Assembly (NCBI GenBank): GCA_017620025.1
Contig: JAFZRF010000065.1
Coordinates: 12,414-76,413, forward strand
Length of the DNA: 64,000 nucleotides
From: Ruminococcus sp.
GTDB lineage: Bacteria > Bacillota > Clostridia > Oscillospirales > Ruminococcaceae
Direction: 5' to 3'
Part shown: piece after piece, positions 48,052-57,850 of the stretch
Layout: the number at the start of each line of letters is the position of its first letter
Numbering within the stretch: position 1 is the first letter of the stretch
Notes under the pieces: generated by a model
What the model saw: only the letters and a program-made list of their open reading frames with translations
The model's database searches: none
Told to the model about the DNA's origin: nothing
Position numbers and translations under genes: made by a program

Positions 48052-48120
48052 GAAAGAATAACCGCGTTGTGCCTCCGGCGCAATCATAAGCTAACGGCTA
48101 AAGGCTAACGGCTAATGGCT
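48047..48120 (+). repeat. Mini-hairpin plus GCTAANG heptamer tandem (four units)
   Basis: AAGAATAA, TTGTGCC-TCC-GGCGCAA, GCTAACG GCTAAAG GCTAACG GCTAATG. Confidence 0.7.
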
Positions 48121-48194
48121 TCCCCCGCCTATTGATTAATCCCCGTTTTCGTGGTATAATATCTGTATAAGCATCTGAAGAAAGGAGAATGATC

Positions 48195-48791
48195 ATGACA
48201 GCAAAGGATGAATTTATACAGATCTACACCGAGAACATAAAACGCAAGGGTGCCGACAAGCTGCTCGAATACCTCAAGAAGAGCGATTTCTTCACCGCTC
48301 CGAGCTCTACCCGCTACCACGGCGCACACGAGGGAGGCCTTGTCGAGCACAGCGTAAACGTATACCACTGCCTGAAGGACTACCTCTCACGTCCGCGCAC
48401 AAAGGAGCTCTACGGCATGGATTTCTCCGAGGAGACTATCGCTATAGTTGCGCTCCTCCACGATGTATGCAAGATCAATTTCTATACCACTGAGATGAGG
48501 AACAAGAAGAACGATTCCACCGGACAGTGGGAAAAGGTGCCGTTCTATACCATCAACGATACCCTCCCCTACGGCCATGGTGAGAAATCGGTTTACATAA
48601 TCTCCGGATTCCTCTACGGCGAAGACAGGCTCACCCGTGACGAGGCCTTTGCGATACGCTACCACATGGGCTTCTCCGGTACGGAGGACAAGAATATCAT
48701 CGGCAAGGCTCTGGAGATGTACCCCCTTGCGCTTGCGCTCAACGTTGCAGATATGGAAGCAGCTTACTTCCTTGAAGGCAGCGAGAAATGA
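48195..48791 (+). CDS. HD-domain phosphohydrolase
   Basis: APSSTRYH, GGLVEHS, LLHDVCK, GHGEKS, IRYHMG, AD. Confidence 0.88.
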   Translation: MTAKDEFIQIYTENIKRKGADKLLEYLKKSDFFTAPSSTRYHGAHEGGLVEHSVNVYHCLKDYLSRPRTKELYGMDFSEETIAIVALLHDVCKINFYTTEMRNKKNDSTGQWEKVPFYTINDTLPYGHGEKSVYIISGFLYGEDRLTRDEAFAIRYHMGFSGTEDKNIIGKALEMYPLALALNVADMEAAYFLEGSEK

Positions 48792-48811
48792 CCATAAAGG
48801 AGAAGTAAAAT

Positions 48812-50404
48812 ATGAACTGGTACGATGACGCCATTATATACCATATCTACCCGCTCGGATTCTGCGGTGCACCGAAATTCAATGACGGCGGAGAGGTCGT
48901 ATACCGCCTTGACAAGGTCATCGACTGGATACCGCACCTCAGAGAGATGAACGTTGACGCCGTATACTTCGGCCCGGTGTTCGAGTCTGTCGAGCACGGC
49001 TATGATACAACCGACTACAAGAAGATAGACCGCCGCCTCGGCGACAACAACTCCTTCAGGAATATCTGCGACAAGCTCCACGAAGCAGGCATCCGTGTAA
49101 TACTCGACGGCGTGTTCAACCACGTCGGCAGGAAGTTCCCGCAGTTCGTGGATATACAGGAGAAGGGACAGGCAAGCGGCTACTGCGACTGGTTCCAGAA
49201 CCTCAACTTCGGCGGACCTTCGCCCTGCGGCGACCCCTTCTGGTATGAGGGATGGAACGGACATTACAACCTCGTAAAGCTCAACCTCCGCAACGTAGGG
49301 GTATGCGACCATCTCATAGATGCTGTGAACTACTGGATAGAGGAGTTCAAAATAGACGGCATACGCTTCGACGCCGCCGACTGCATCGACTTTGATTTCT
49401 TCCGCAGGATACGCAGCTTCTGCAAGGGCAAGAGACCGGATTTCTGGCTCATGGGCGAGATAATCCACGGCGACTACAACCGCTGGGCAAATCCGGATAT
49501 GCTCGACAGCGTGACCAACTACGAATGCTATAAGGGTCTTTACTCCTCACACAACGACAAGAACTACTTTGAGATAGACTATTCCATCAACCGCCAGTCC
49601 GGCATGAACGGCGGTATCTACAGAAATATCGACCTTTACAACTTCGTTGACAACCACGACGTCAACCGTCTTGCGAGCACGGTAAACAATCCCGCTTACC
49701 TCCCGCTGATATATACCCTGATGTATGCTATGCCCGGTATACCCTCGATATACTACGGCAGTGAGTACGGCATACAGGGACGCAAGGAAAACGGCTCGGA
49801 CGACGGACTCCGCCCCTGTCTCCATCTCACTGATATGGAGCAGGAGAACACAGGCCTTTACCGCCATATCGTAAAGCTCGGACAGGCCTACAGAGCTTAT
49901 CCCGCACTCCGCAACGGCATCTACGAAAGAGAGCAGATCACCAATCAGCAGCTCCTCTTCAGAAAGACACTCGGCGAGCAGACTATATATGTAGCACTCA
50001 ACCTCGGCGACTACAGCTATACCTTCAATTTCGGCTGCGGCGCTGAAAAGCTGACAGACGTGCTCACAGGAAACAGCTATAACGCCGGCGGAAATATCAG
50101 CCTTGAAGTTCCGCCGTTCACCTCCATGATACTTGTCAGCGAGGTCGCTGAGAGTATGGCAGATGAAGAGCCAGCACCTGCTGAGGTAAAGAACGAGCCG
50201 GACGAGACACCTCTCGTTGAGGGAGCACGCTATCGCCACTTCAAGGGCAATGAGTATGAGCTTGTTGCCGTTGCACGCCACAGCGAAACAGGCGAGGAGC
50301 TTGTTATCTACCGCTCAGTAAAGGACGGTCAGGTATGGGCACGCCCGAAGGAAATGTTCACCGGTATGGCCGGCGATGTAAGACGCTTCACAAAGCTTGA
50401 ATAA
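48812..50404 (+). CDS. Cytoplasmic GH13 alpha-glucan hydrolase with C-terminal DUF1653-like domain
   Basis: HGYD, DGVFNH, GIRFDAA, GEIIH, DNHD; tail YRHFKGNEY...HSETGEELVIYR...WARPKEMF. Confidence 0.88.
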   Translation: MNWYDDAIIYHIYPLGFCGAPKFNDGGEVVYRLDKVIDWIPHLREMNVDAVYFGPVFESVEHGYDTTDYKKIDRRLGDNNSFRNICDKLHEAGIRVILDGVFNHVGRKFPQFVDIQEKGQASGYCDWFQNLNFGGPSPCGDPFWYEGWNGHYNLVKLNLRNVGVCDHLIDAVNYWIEEFKIDGIRFDAADCIDFDFFRRIRSFCKGKRPDFWLMGEIIHGDYNRWANPDMLDSVTNYECYKGLYSSHNDKNYFEIDYSINRQSGMNGGIYRNIDLYNFVDNHDVNRLASTVNNPAYLPLIYTLMYAMPGIPSIYYGSEYGIQGRKENGSDDGLRPCLHLTDMEQENTGLYRHIVKLGQAYRAYPALRNGIYEREQITNQQLLFRKTLGEQTIYVALNLGDYSYTFNFGCGAEKLTDVLTGNSYNAGGNISLEVPPFTSMILVSEVAESMADEEPAPAEVKNEPDETPLVEGARYRHFKGNEYELVAVARHSETGEELVIYRSVKDGQVWARPKEMFTGMAGDVRRFTKLE

Positions 50405-50411
50405 AACCTGT

Positions 50412-50585
50412 TTGGGATTCTAAAGGGGCTGCGCCCCTTTAGCGGAGTCCAGAGGCAGAGCCTCTGGCGGGGTGTGGGGCAACGCCCCGCATATTTCCGC
50501 AGGGCGCTTCGCAAGGGGTGAATTCCAAAACAGTCCGGGGGACTGTTTTGGAAGAGGGGACGCCTTGCAAGTGAAGGCGTCCCCT
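50412..50585 (+). repeat. ~174-bp multi-hairpin element, copy B
   Basis: Aligns with copy A; starts 7 bp after the GH13 stop; an inverted 5'-end fragment lies at 50629-50648. Confidence 0.93.
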
Positions 50586-50706
50586 GAAAATACAATGGAT
50601 TATTGATAAAATGAAGGGGCTGTTTTTACAGCCCTTTTAGAATCCCAAGCTGTAATTCGGCTCTATTTACAAAATAAGCGGGCACCGCTTAGTGTCCGCT
50701 TTTGTC

Positions 50707-51249
50707 CTATTCAAGCCCGAGATCTTCATAATCCTCCGGTATGAAACGGTGATATGTCACATGACAGCCGCCGCCCATGCACGGCTCTTCAGTAAGACAG
50801 TATACATAACCGTCCGGTTCGCCGTCTGCGAACCATACCGCATAATCAGCCTCTTCGCCGCTCAGCTCACGCACCTCCACCCGGTCGGAATACTTCCGGA
50901 AGAGCGCAATGACATCTGCGGCAGATATGCCGTGTGAACGCACCTTCTCTATCAGCTCCGAGATGAAATCCCCTTCTGCCGGTGCGTTATCGTGTACGTA
51001 TGCCGTGCCCTCAGCCGGCACCGTGATGCAGTAACCTCCGCTGACCGGACGTATGGCAAGCTCTCCGAGACGGGGCTGCACCGCACTGCGGAAGCTCTCC
51101 CATATCTCATCGCTCCACGGCTCGCCGCATAGGTGTACGAGCGAGGCAAGGGTATAATTGAGGCTCATCGGCCGGCCGTCATAGCCGAGCTTCAGCTGCG
51201 CCTCGTGTATATTATCCGTAAGGTTCCTTTCGAGCCTTGTAAGCTCCAT
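50707..51249 (-). CDS. DUF3877-like protein
   Basis: LERNLTDNIHEAQLKLGY...LNY; C-terminal TYHRF..EDY; family recalled from motif. Confidence 0.7.
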   Translation of the reverse strand: MELTRLERNLTDNIHEAQLKLGYDGRPMSLNYTLASLVHLCGEPWSDEIWESFRSAVQPRLGELAIRPVSGGYCITVPAEGTAYVHDNAPAEGDFISELIEKVRSHGISAADVIALFRKYSDRVEVRELSGEEADYAVWFADGEPDGYVYCLTEEPCMGGGCHVTYHRFIPEDYEDLGLE

Positions 51250-51377
51250 AATTCATCACTCCCTGCTATGTATTATACCATAAGGTATGCCGTATAGCAA
51301 GGAGTTAGCCTTAGTTAACCATAATTCGCACGGAAAGCGCCGTGACAGTTGTTTATATAGTGAAAGGGGGTAACGCC

Positions 51378-51869
51378 ATGGACAGCAAAGACAATACAGC
51401 ACTATACGCCTTCCGCAGATTCGGTGACGATGTGCTCCGTGCAGCCTATGCCGGATGCGGAAGCTATGCAGAGGCCGAGGATATAACACAGGAAGTCTTT
51501 CTCACTCTGCACTCACACCCGCAGACATTCCGGGATGACGATCATCTCCGTGCATGGCTGCTCCGGTGTGCGATGAACAGATGCCTCAACTACAGAAAGA
51601 GCTTCCGTGTGAGCCGTACAGGCTCTCTCGAGGAGCTTCCCGAGATGCCGGGCAGCCCGGTATTCAGCGAAGCCGAAAACGGGATAAGAAGCGCAATTGC
51701 AAAACTGCCGGAGAAATATGCAACCGTGATATACCTCTACTATTACGAAGGCTACAAAGCCCGTGAGATAGGAGATATGCTCGGCAAGAGCGAGAACACG
51801 GTCTCATCACTGCTCCGGCGCGGAAGAGAAAAGCTCCGCATCGAGCTTGAAGAGGAGGGAACGGTATGA
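51378..51869 (+). CDS. ECF sigma factor
   Basis: EAEDITQEVF, LRAWLLR, LPEKY...YYEGY, EIGDML..SENTVSSLLRRGR. Confidence 0.92.
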   Translation: MDSKDNTALYAFRRFGDDVLRAAYAGCGSYAEAEDITQEVFLTLHSHPQTFRDDDHLRAWLLRCAMNRCLNYRKSFRVSRTGSLEELPEMPGSPVFSEAENGIRSAIAKLPEKYATVIYLYYYEGYKAREIGDMLGKSENTVSSLLRRGREKLRIELEEEGTV

Positions 51870-53647
51870 AGAGCAGAGATTACAAAAACACCCTTGACAA
51901 GATAAGCTGCACTGAGAGCTTCAGAAAGAGCATGGAGAAACAGCTTTCCGCTCCGCCCGAGGAAGTATATTCCGACAGCGACGACAGCTTTGAGCGCTCC
52001 TCCGGCCGCAGCTTCGGAAAATATGCTGCTATGGCCGCCGCTTTTGTACTCATCGCATCGGCAGGCGCACTGTTATACAGGATAAAGAATATGCCGCCGG
52101 ATGATATCTATCCCGGTACGGAATTCACAGAGCCGACAAGCGAACCAACAGAGGATCCGACTAATGGCACAACCTACGCCCGGGAAAAACTGATCCCCGG
52201 AAGCAGTCTGACTGACGGTTTTGATACGAGCTGGAAAGAGGCTGTCTATGTTCCAGCCGCTCCTGCAAACGAGGACAAGGCTGTCACATTCAACATGACC
52301 GACGTGCAGGCTGTACTGGACGCTGTATCGGAATGCAGCTTTGTATGGAGCAATGAAAGCAGGTTCAGTGATCCGCGCATGGAAGAATTCATGGTAGGCA
52401 GTCTGGAAATATATACCGACGGATATATTCAGCAGGTCTTCTCAAGCGACTCACGTCTTATGCGTGTGGCAGAGGGCGACTGGGATAAGGTCGTGAACAT
52501 ACTCCGGGAGCAGCTTCACGCTGACGAGAGCGTTGCCGAAGAGGTTCAGGCACTTGAAGCAGGCCTGAACACCGGCGGAAAAGCGATGAAGGACGCCGCA
52601 AGCTCGAATCCGAATAAGGGAGAGGTATCAGGCCTTGAAGTTGCAAAAAAAGCCCTTGACGGAGAAAGCACAAATGCAGTCTTTATCGGCTACGGCTCAA
52701 TACAGGGTGGCAGTGCCGTCAGATTCACCGTCGATGATCTGCCCGAACTCAAGGAGGCTGTACAGAAATGCAGCTTTGTATGGGACAACACTGATACGGA
52801 TTATCAGCCGGATTCTGAATACTATAAGATCGGCAGCCTGAATATATATCCCGAAGGCTATATAATGGACACAAGCTCTCTCAAGCTGATGAAGGTGACA
52901 TTCGGAGACTGGGACAAGGTTATGAATATCCTCACGAACTGTATCAGCAAAGATGCCAGTGCTGTCGCCGAGCTTGCCATAATAAAGCCGGAGAAGCAGT
53001 ATTACACCATGTCCGCCGGTATATCCGTTGATCTCAGCATAGATCCGATGACTCTGTTTAATATCACCGGCAGCGGAAAAATGCTCTACCGGGACAACAC
53101 CGCTGTCGACAGCGTAATGTTCGACGATGAATACATCTATATAAACGATCCCAATACCGGATACACAGGCGAGCTCGTAACTACCATACTTGATGACGAC
53201 TGGGCTCATCAGGACTGTCAGTTCGATTATACCGAGCACACCTCTGCCAACCGGATAAACAAATTGTCAAGCAACTGGGATGTCCATCAGGACAAGACAG
53301 GCTTCACTTCACATACCAACGGAAGCCGCTTCTACAATCCCCCTACGCTTGAATACAAGAATATCTGCAGTCATATATGCCAGACTCTCGGCAATATCTA
53401 TGGCGGCTACAACTCCGATATCAGCACAGAAGCAGTATGGGAGGGTGATATCCTTTCCTACAGCGCAAGCTATAACGACGATGTCGGAAAGCGCAATGAG
53501 GTAAAGCTGAAGATCGACAGATACGGCACACCGCTGCTGTATACGATATATGTCGGCTCACAGAGGACACTGTACTACGAACTCACCGATGTAGTATACA
53601 ACTCTGAGATAGAGATGCCTCAGCCCGTGCTGAACAGATTTGAATAA
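51866..53647 (+). CDS. Putative anti-sigma factor with a duplicated extracellular domain
   Basis: ATGA overlap with the sigma gene; one TM; two copies of CSFVW..GSL.IY..GYI..LM.V..GDWDKV.NIL. Confidence 0.75.
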   Translation: MKSRDYKNTLDKISCTESFRKSMEKQLSAPPEEVYSDSDDSFERSSGRSFGKYAAMAAAFVLIASAGALLYRIKNMPPDDIYPGTEFTEPTSEPTEDPTNGTTYAREKLIPGSSLTDGFDTSWKEAVYVPAAPANEDKAVTFNMTDVQAVLDAVSECSFVWSNESRFSDPRMEEFMVGSLEIYTDGYIQQVFSSDSRLMRVAEGDWDKVVNILREQLHADESVAEEVQALEAGLNTGGKAMKDAASSNPNKGEVSGLEVAKKALDGESTNAVFIGYGSIQGGSAVRFTVDDLPELKEAVQKCSFVWDNTDTDYQPDSEYYKIGSLNIYPEGYIMDTSSLKLMKVTFGDWDKVMNILTNCISKDASAVAELAIIKPEKQYYTMSAGISVDLSIDPMTLFNITGSGKMLYRDNTAVDSVMFDDEYIYINDPNTGYTGELVTTILDDDWAHQDCQFDYTEHTSANRINKLSSNWDVHQDKTGFTSHTNGSRFYNPPTLEYKNICSHICQTLGNIYGGYNSDISTEAVWEGDILSYSASYNDDVGKRNEVKLKIDRYGTPLLYTIYVGSQRTLYYELTDVVYNSEIEMPQPVLNRFE

Positions 53648-53693
53648 TACAACAGAGCCCGCAGGCTTAAACTGCGGGCTTTTCTGCTTCTCT

Positions 53694-53747
53694 TTCACAA
53701 TTTCGTCACTTCTGTGTCACCTCAGTATCACCAATTTGTGATAGCAT
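53694..53747 (+). promoter_or_regulatory. Four TCAC repeats at 11-bp period plus extended -10
   Basis: TCAC at 53695, 53706, 53717, 53728; TGaTAGCAT at 53739-53747. Confidence 0.55.
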
Positions 53748-53792
53748 CAACAATATATCGGCTCATACCGAATACCGAAAGGAGATCTGACA

Positions 53793-56021
53793 ATGACGAT
53801 CCTGTATATACTAATAGTACTTACTCTTGTATTCCTTCTCTGGATGTCACGGGGAATGGAAAAGAAGGAGAAGTTCCGAAAGCGCTTCGGTGACCGGACG
53901 GATATCGCCGCCTTTCTGATACGCTCCTGCCTCGGCGTGCTGCTGGTGGAGTTCGGCTTGTTCAACATGAACTCTCTGCATCTGCTCGGGGATTATCCGC
54001 AGAAAACACTCAGCATAAGCTCTGCATATACAGAGAATATAGTCTCCTCGTCTTCCGGTGCTTCTATGAATTACGATGCCGGAAGCTGCGTGATAGAATA
54101 CAACGGACCCGGTGTTCCTGTCGGAACTCTGACCCTGCCGTTCACTTCAGACAAAAAAAGCTTCGTACACGTCAGTATCGATATAAAGGATGCAACTCAG
54201 TCAGGCTCATACCGTTACGGTGTGGCATCCGCCGATATCATCACGGGCAATGAACGCTCGATGACCATTCCCTGTAACTTCTCCGGTGATGTATCAGCTC
54301 TGAGGATATCATTCAGCGCAGACTCCGGCGAAAGGATCGAGCTCGGTGATATCATCATAAATAAGCCTATCGGCATTCATTTCTCCCTGATACGTTTCCT
54401 TATCATGTTCCTCGGCTGCTTCTTCATATATGCGCTCAGCTCGGACAAGCTGCTCAGGAGAAAGTATGAGCTCAGGAAGAAGTCTGTTAAAGCCATCGCA
54501 TGGGGCTTTACAGGCTGTCTTATCATTCTCTCGCTCTTCCTGACCAATATGTCACGCTACAGGGATCCGAACCACAGCATAGCAAAGGATCTGAAGTCAT
54601 CCTACGGCAACCAGATCTCTCAGGAGATAGTTGATGCTTTCGAGGCCGGACGTGTAGACCTTAACACACCGATAAACACAAAGCTCACCGCTCTTGACAA
54701 TCCCTATGACTGGAGCCAGCGTACTGACGAGATAGGCTCTTATCCGTGGGATCACCTTCTCTTTGAAGGTAAGTATTACTCCTACTACGGCATAGCCCCT
54801 GTACTCACTCTGTTCCTTCCCTACCATAAGATAACCGGCTATTACTTCCCGTCAAGCTGGGCGGTATGGCTGTACGGCGTATTCGGTATAATCTTCCTCA
54901 CGCTGATGTACCTCTCCTTTGCAGACAAGTTCTTCACAAAGATAAACGCCTCGCTGGTACTGATCGGATTTGCGATAGTACAGATGTCCAGCGGCATCTT
55001 CTTCAACTACTACTACGCAAACTTCTATGAGATAGCACAGGCCTCCGGTTTCTTCTGGACTGTCGCCGGCGCTTACTTCATGGTAAGTTCGAATGTCATA
55101 GGCGACGGCAAGATAAGCAAAATCCGCCTTGCACTCTCCACCTCCTGCCTGAGTATGGCAGTTCTCTGCCGACCCACTCTTGCGGTATACTGCGTGGCTG
55201 CCCTGCTGTTCATATACGCAGGCTTCCGCAAGCTCAGAGGTGAAAAGGGCAGTGCTCCCAAAAAGGCAGCAAAGGACAAGAAGGATGAGAAGAAAGAAAA
55301 GGCTTCCGGAAAGGGCTATGTTCCCTACTTCCTCTGTGCTATCCTCCCCTTCGTACTCATCGGCTCGATACAGGTATGGTACAACTGGGTGCGCTTCGGC
55401 AATCCGCTTGACTTCGGCATACAGTACTCACTGACCATCAACGACTTCATCAACGCACAGTATCACACCCACTTTGCTCTCCTCGGTATCTACAGCTACA
55501 TTCTCTGCTACCCCGAGTTCAGCGAACACTTCCCCTTCATGCTCGCAGGCGGTGCAAAGACCTTCAACGCAAACGGCTACTACTTCATAGCTACCGGCGC
55601 TGCTCTCGGTCTTCTCTGGAGAGCACTCCCGCTCACAGCCTATGCTCATACCTGCCGTGCCTACAGAGTATCTGACAACAAAAACAAGAAGCTCTATTCG
55701 ATACTCCTCGCCGCAGTCTGCATAGTATGTCCGTTCATCATCATCTTCTCCATATGGGAGAGCGGCTACTGCACACGCTACTGCTGCGACTTCGCATGGG
55801 AAATGATACTCGGATCACTGATCATCATGTTTGTCCTCTGGTCACGCTGCAAGGAGAATACCCAGCGTCATATCAACACCCTCATGATAATCGCCGGCAT
55901 CGTTTCACTGATTATGAACTTCGTACAGATCTACACCTACTCCTCACCGGATACAAACTTCTCAACTGAATGGTATTCAAATGTACTGACATTCGGAAGA
56001 CTCTTTGAATTCTGGAGATAA
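53793..56021 (+). CDS. Multi-pass membrane protein, possibly a GT-C-type glycan transferase
   Basis: About 12 TM segments; WDHLLFEGKYYSYYG loop; CRP; YNWVRFGNPLDFG; RYCCDF. Confidence 0.6.
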   Translation: MTILYILIVLTLVFLLWMSRGMEKKEKFRKRFGDRTDIAAFLIRSCLGVLLVEFGLFNMNSLHLLGDYPQKTLSISSAYTENIVSSSSGASMNYDAGSCVIEYNGPGVPVGTLTLPFTSDKKSFVHVSIDIKDATQSGSYRYGVASADIITGNERSMTIPCNFSGDVSALRISFSADSGERIELGDIIINKPIGIHFSLIRFLIMFLGCFFIYALSSDKLLRRKYELRKKSVKAIAWGFTGCLIILSLFLTNMSRYRDPNHSIAKDLKSSYGNQISQEIVDAFEAGRVDLNTPINTKLTALDNPYDWSQRTDEIGSYPWDHLLFEGKYYSYYGIAPVLTLFLPYHKITGYYFPSSWAVWLYGVFGIIFLTLMYLSFADKFFTKINASLVLIGFAIVQMSSGIFFNYYYANFYEIAQASGFFWTVAGAYFMVSSNVIGDGKISKIRLALSTSCLSMAVLCRPTLAVYCVAALLFIYAGFRKLRGEKGSAPKKAAKDKKDEKKEKASGKGYVPYFLCAILPFVLIGSIQVWYNWVRFGNPLDFGIQYSLTINDFINAQYHTHFALLGIYSYILCYPEFSEHFPFMLAGGAKTFNANGYYFIATGAALGLLWRALPLTAYAHTCRAYRVSDNKNKKLYSILLAAVCIVCPFIIIFSIWESGYCTRYCCDFAWEMILGSLIIMFVLWSRCKENTQRHINTLMIIAGIVSLIMNFVQIYTYSSPDTNFSTEWYSNVLTFGRLFEFWR

Positions 56022-56124
56022 AACAGCAAAGCGGACGTTTCAAAGCGTCCGCTTTTTTCACGCTCTGCAGCCCTCCGGAATACAATATGACAGGACGGCA
56101 TAACCGTCCGGAGGAGGTTATATC

Positions 56125-57012
56125 ATGGCAGTATTCTATAATCAGGCGACGATCTCCTATAACGGAAACGTCACCGGTTCAAATATCATCACAGGCGAGA
56201 TAATCGAAGTTCTCTCGCTAAGAAATACAGCTGTCACCGAAAGCTATACCGGCGGCAGCACCATCGTCTATACCATCAGCATAGTCAATACCGGCTCGGA
56301 AGACTATACCGGTCTCACCGTGACCGATGACCTCGGCAGCTACAGCTTCTCTCCCGGCGGAGAGGAAACTGATTCCGCTCCCGTAACGCTTACTCCCCTT
56401 GTCTACGACGAGGGCTCTGCCGATCTCTATGTCAACGGCATTCAGCAGCCCGTACAGACAGCCTATAACGGAGCTGCACTGGTATTCTCCGGCCTTACGG
56501 TACCGGCAGAGGGCAGCGCAGTTATAATCTACACCGCCCGCACAAACACCTTTGCACCTCTCGGCAGCGATGCAGAAATAGTCAACACCGCTTCACTCAC
56601 CGGAACAAGGCTCCCCGAGCCGCTCTCCGACTCCGCAGAGGTGAGGTATGACGGTACTCCCGACCTTGCGATAAGCAAGTCACTCACTCCCTCCGCTGTC
56701 TCAGGCAACGGCGAGGTGACCTACACCTTCATCATACAGAACTACGGCAGTGATCCTGTCACGGCACCCGATACCGCCGAGTTCCGTGACGTCTTCGATC
56801 CGGTGCTGAGCATCAGCGAGGTCACCTTCAACGGCGTTCCGATACAGGAAGGCACAGGCTACAGCTACTGCATGGCAGAGGGAATATTCACCTCCGCACC
56901 CGGTCAGATAACGGTGCCTTCTGCGGACTACTCACAGGATCCGAATACAGGAGCATGGAGCGTCCGTCCCGGCACAAGCACTCTTATCATCAGCGGCACT
57001 CTTATTACCTGA
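56125..57012 (+). CDS. Hypothetical protein with two DUF11-like beta-sandwich repeats
   Basis: YTISIVNTG..VTDDL and ISKS..VTYTFIIQNYG..RD; no signal peptide. Confidence 0.7.
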   Translation: MAVFYNQATISYNGNVTGSNIITGEIIEVLSLRNTAVTESYTGGSTIVYTISIVNTGSEDYTGLTVTDDLGSYSFSPGGEETDSAPVTLTPLVYDEGSADLYVNGIQQPVQTAYNGAALVFSGLTVPAEGSAVIIYTARTNTFAPLGSDAEIVNTASLTGTRLPEPLSDSAEVRYDGTPDLAISKSLTPSAVSGNGEVTYTFIIQNYGSDPVTAPDTAEFRDVFDPVLSISEVTFNGVPIQEGTGYSYCMAEGIFTSAPGQITVPSADYSQDPNTGAWSVRPGTSTLIISGTLIT

Positions 57013-57073
57013 TCTTCTTCAAGGGGGCGATGCAGACATCGCCCCGCAGTCAGTAAATAACTCACAGCTTATA

Positions 57074-57246
57074 AGGGGACGCCTTCACTTGCAAGGCGTC
57101 CCCTCTTCCAAAACAGTCCCCCGGACTGTTTTGGAATTCACCCCTTGCGAAGCGCCCTGCGGAAAAATGCGGGGCTTTGCCCCGCCCCCACCAGAGGCTC
57201 TGCCTCTGGACTCCGCTAAAGGGACGCAGTCCCTTTAGAATCCCAG
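57074..57246 (-). repeat. ~174-bp multi-hairpin element, copy C (inverted)
   Basis: Reverse complement aligns with copies A and B. Confidence 0.93.
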
Positions 57247-57330
57247 ACTGATTGAAATAGCACCTTACATATCAGTCATTGACACCCGCCTCCCCACTGG
57301 TGTATAATTATGGTACGAAAGGAGACTGCC

Positions 57331-57804
57331 ATGGACTACACCATAAGACCGATGCGGGCGGACGAATACCCGCTGCTTGAGGATTTTCTATACGAAGCAA
57401 TATTCATACCGGACGGAGTTGACCCGCCCCCGAGGGATATACTGCTCCTGCCCGAGCTTCAGCTCTACATAAAGGATTTCGGTACAGAAAAGGACGATCA
57501 CTGCCTTGTCGCCGAAACAGCAGGAAAGGTCGTCGGCGCGGTATGGGTACGTATCATGAACGATTACGGCCATGTCGATGACAAGACACCTTCTTTTGCA
57601 ATATCACTGTACAAGGACTACCGGGGAAACGGCATCGGTACAGCCCTGATGACGGAGATGCTCGCTCTGCTTAAACGAGAGGGATACAGACAGGCCTCCC
57701 TTGCTGTACAGAAGGCGAACTACGCCGTAAGGATGTACAAAAAGACCGGCTTTGAGATCGTCGGCGAGAACGATGAGGAATACATTGTGATCTGCAAACT
57801 ATAA
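57331..57804 (+). CDS. GNAT-family acetyltransferase
   Basis: YRGNGIGTAL, SLAVQKAN.A..MYKKTGF. Confidence 0.9.
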   Translation: MDYTIRPMRADEYPLLEDFLYEAIFIPDGVDPPPRDILLLPELQLYIKDFGTEKDDHCLVAETAGKVVGAVWVRIMNDYGHVDDKTPSFAISLYKDYRGNGIGTALMTEMLALLKREGYRQASLAVQKANYAVRMYKKTGFEIVGENDEEYIVICKL

Positions 57805-57850
57805 AGCAAGCCCCGGAGTGCTTCGTATCAAGCGCTCCGGGGCTCTGTTA

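Noticed and set aside
30352-57246. CRISPR array or IS interpretation of the repeats
   Set aside because: Copies are dispersed, not regularly spaced; no cas or transposase ORF is present
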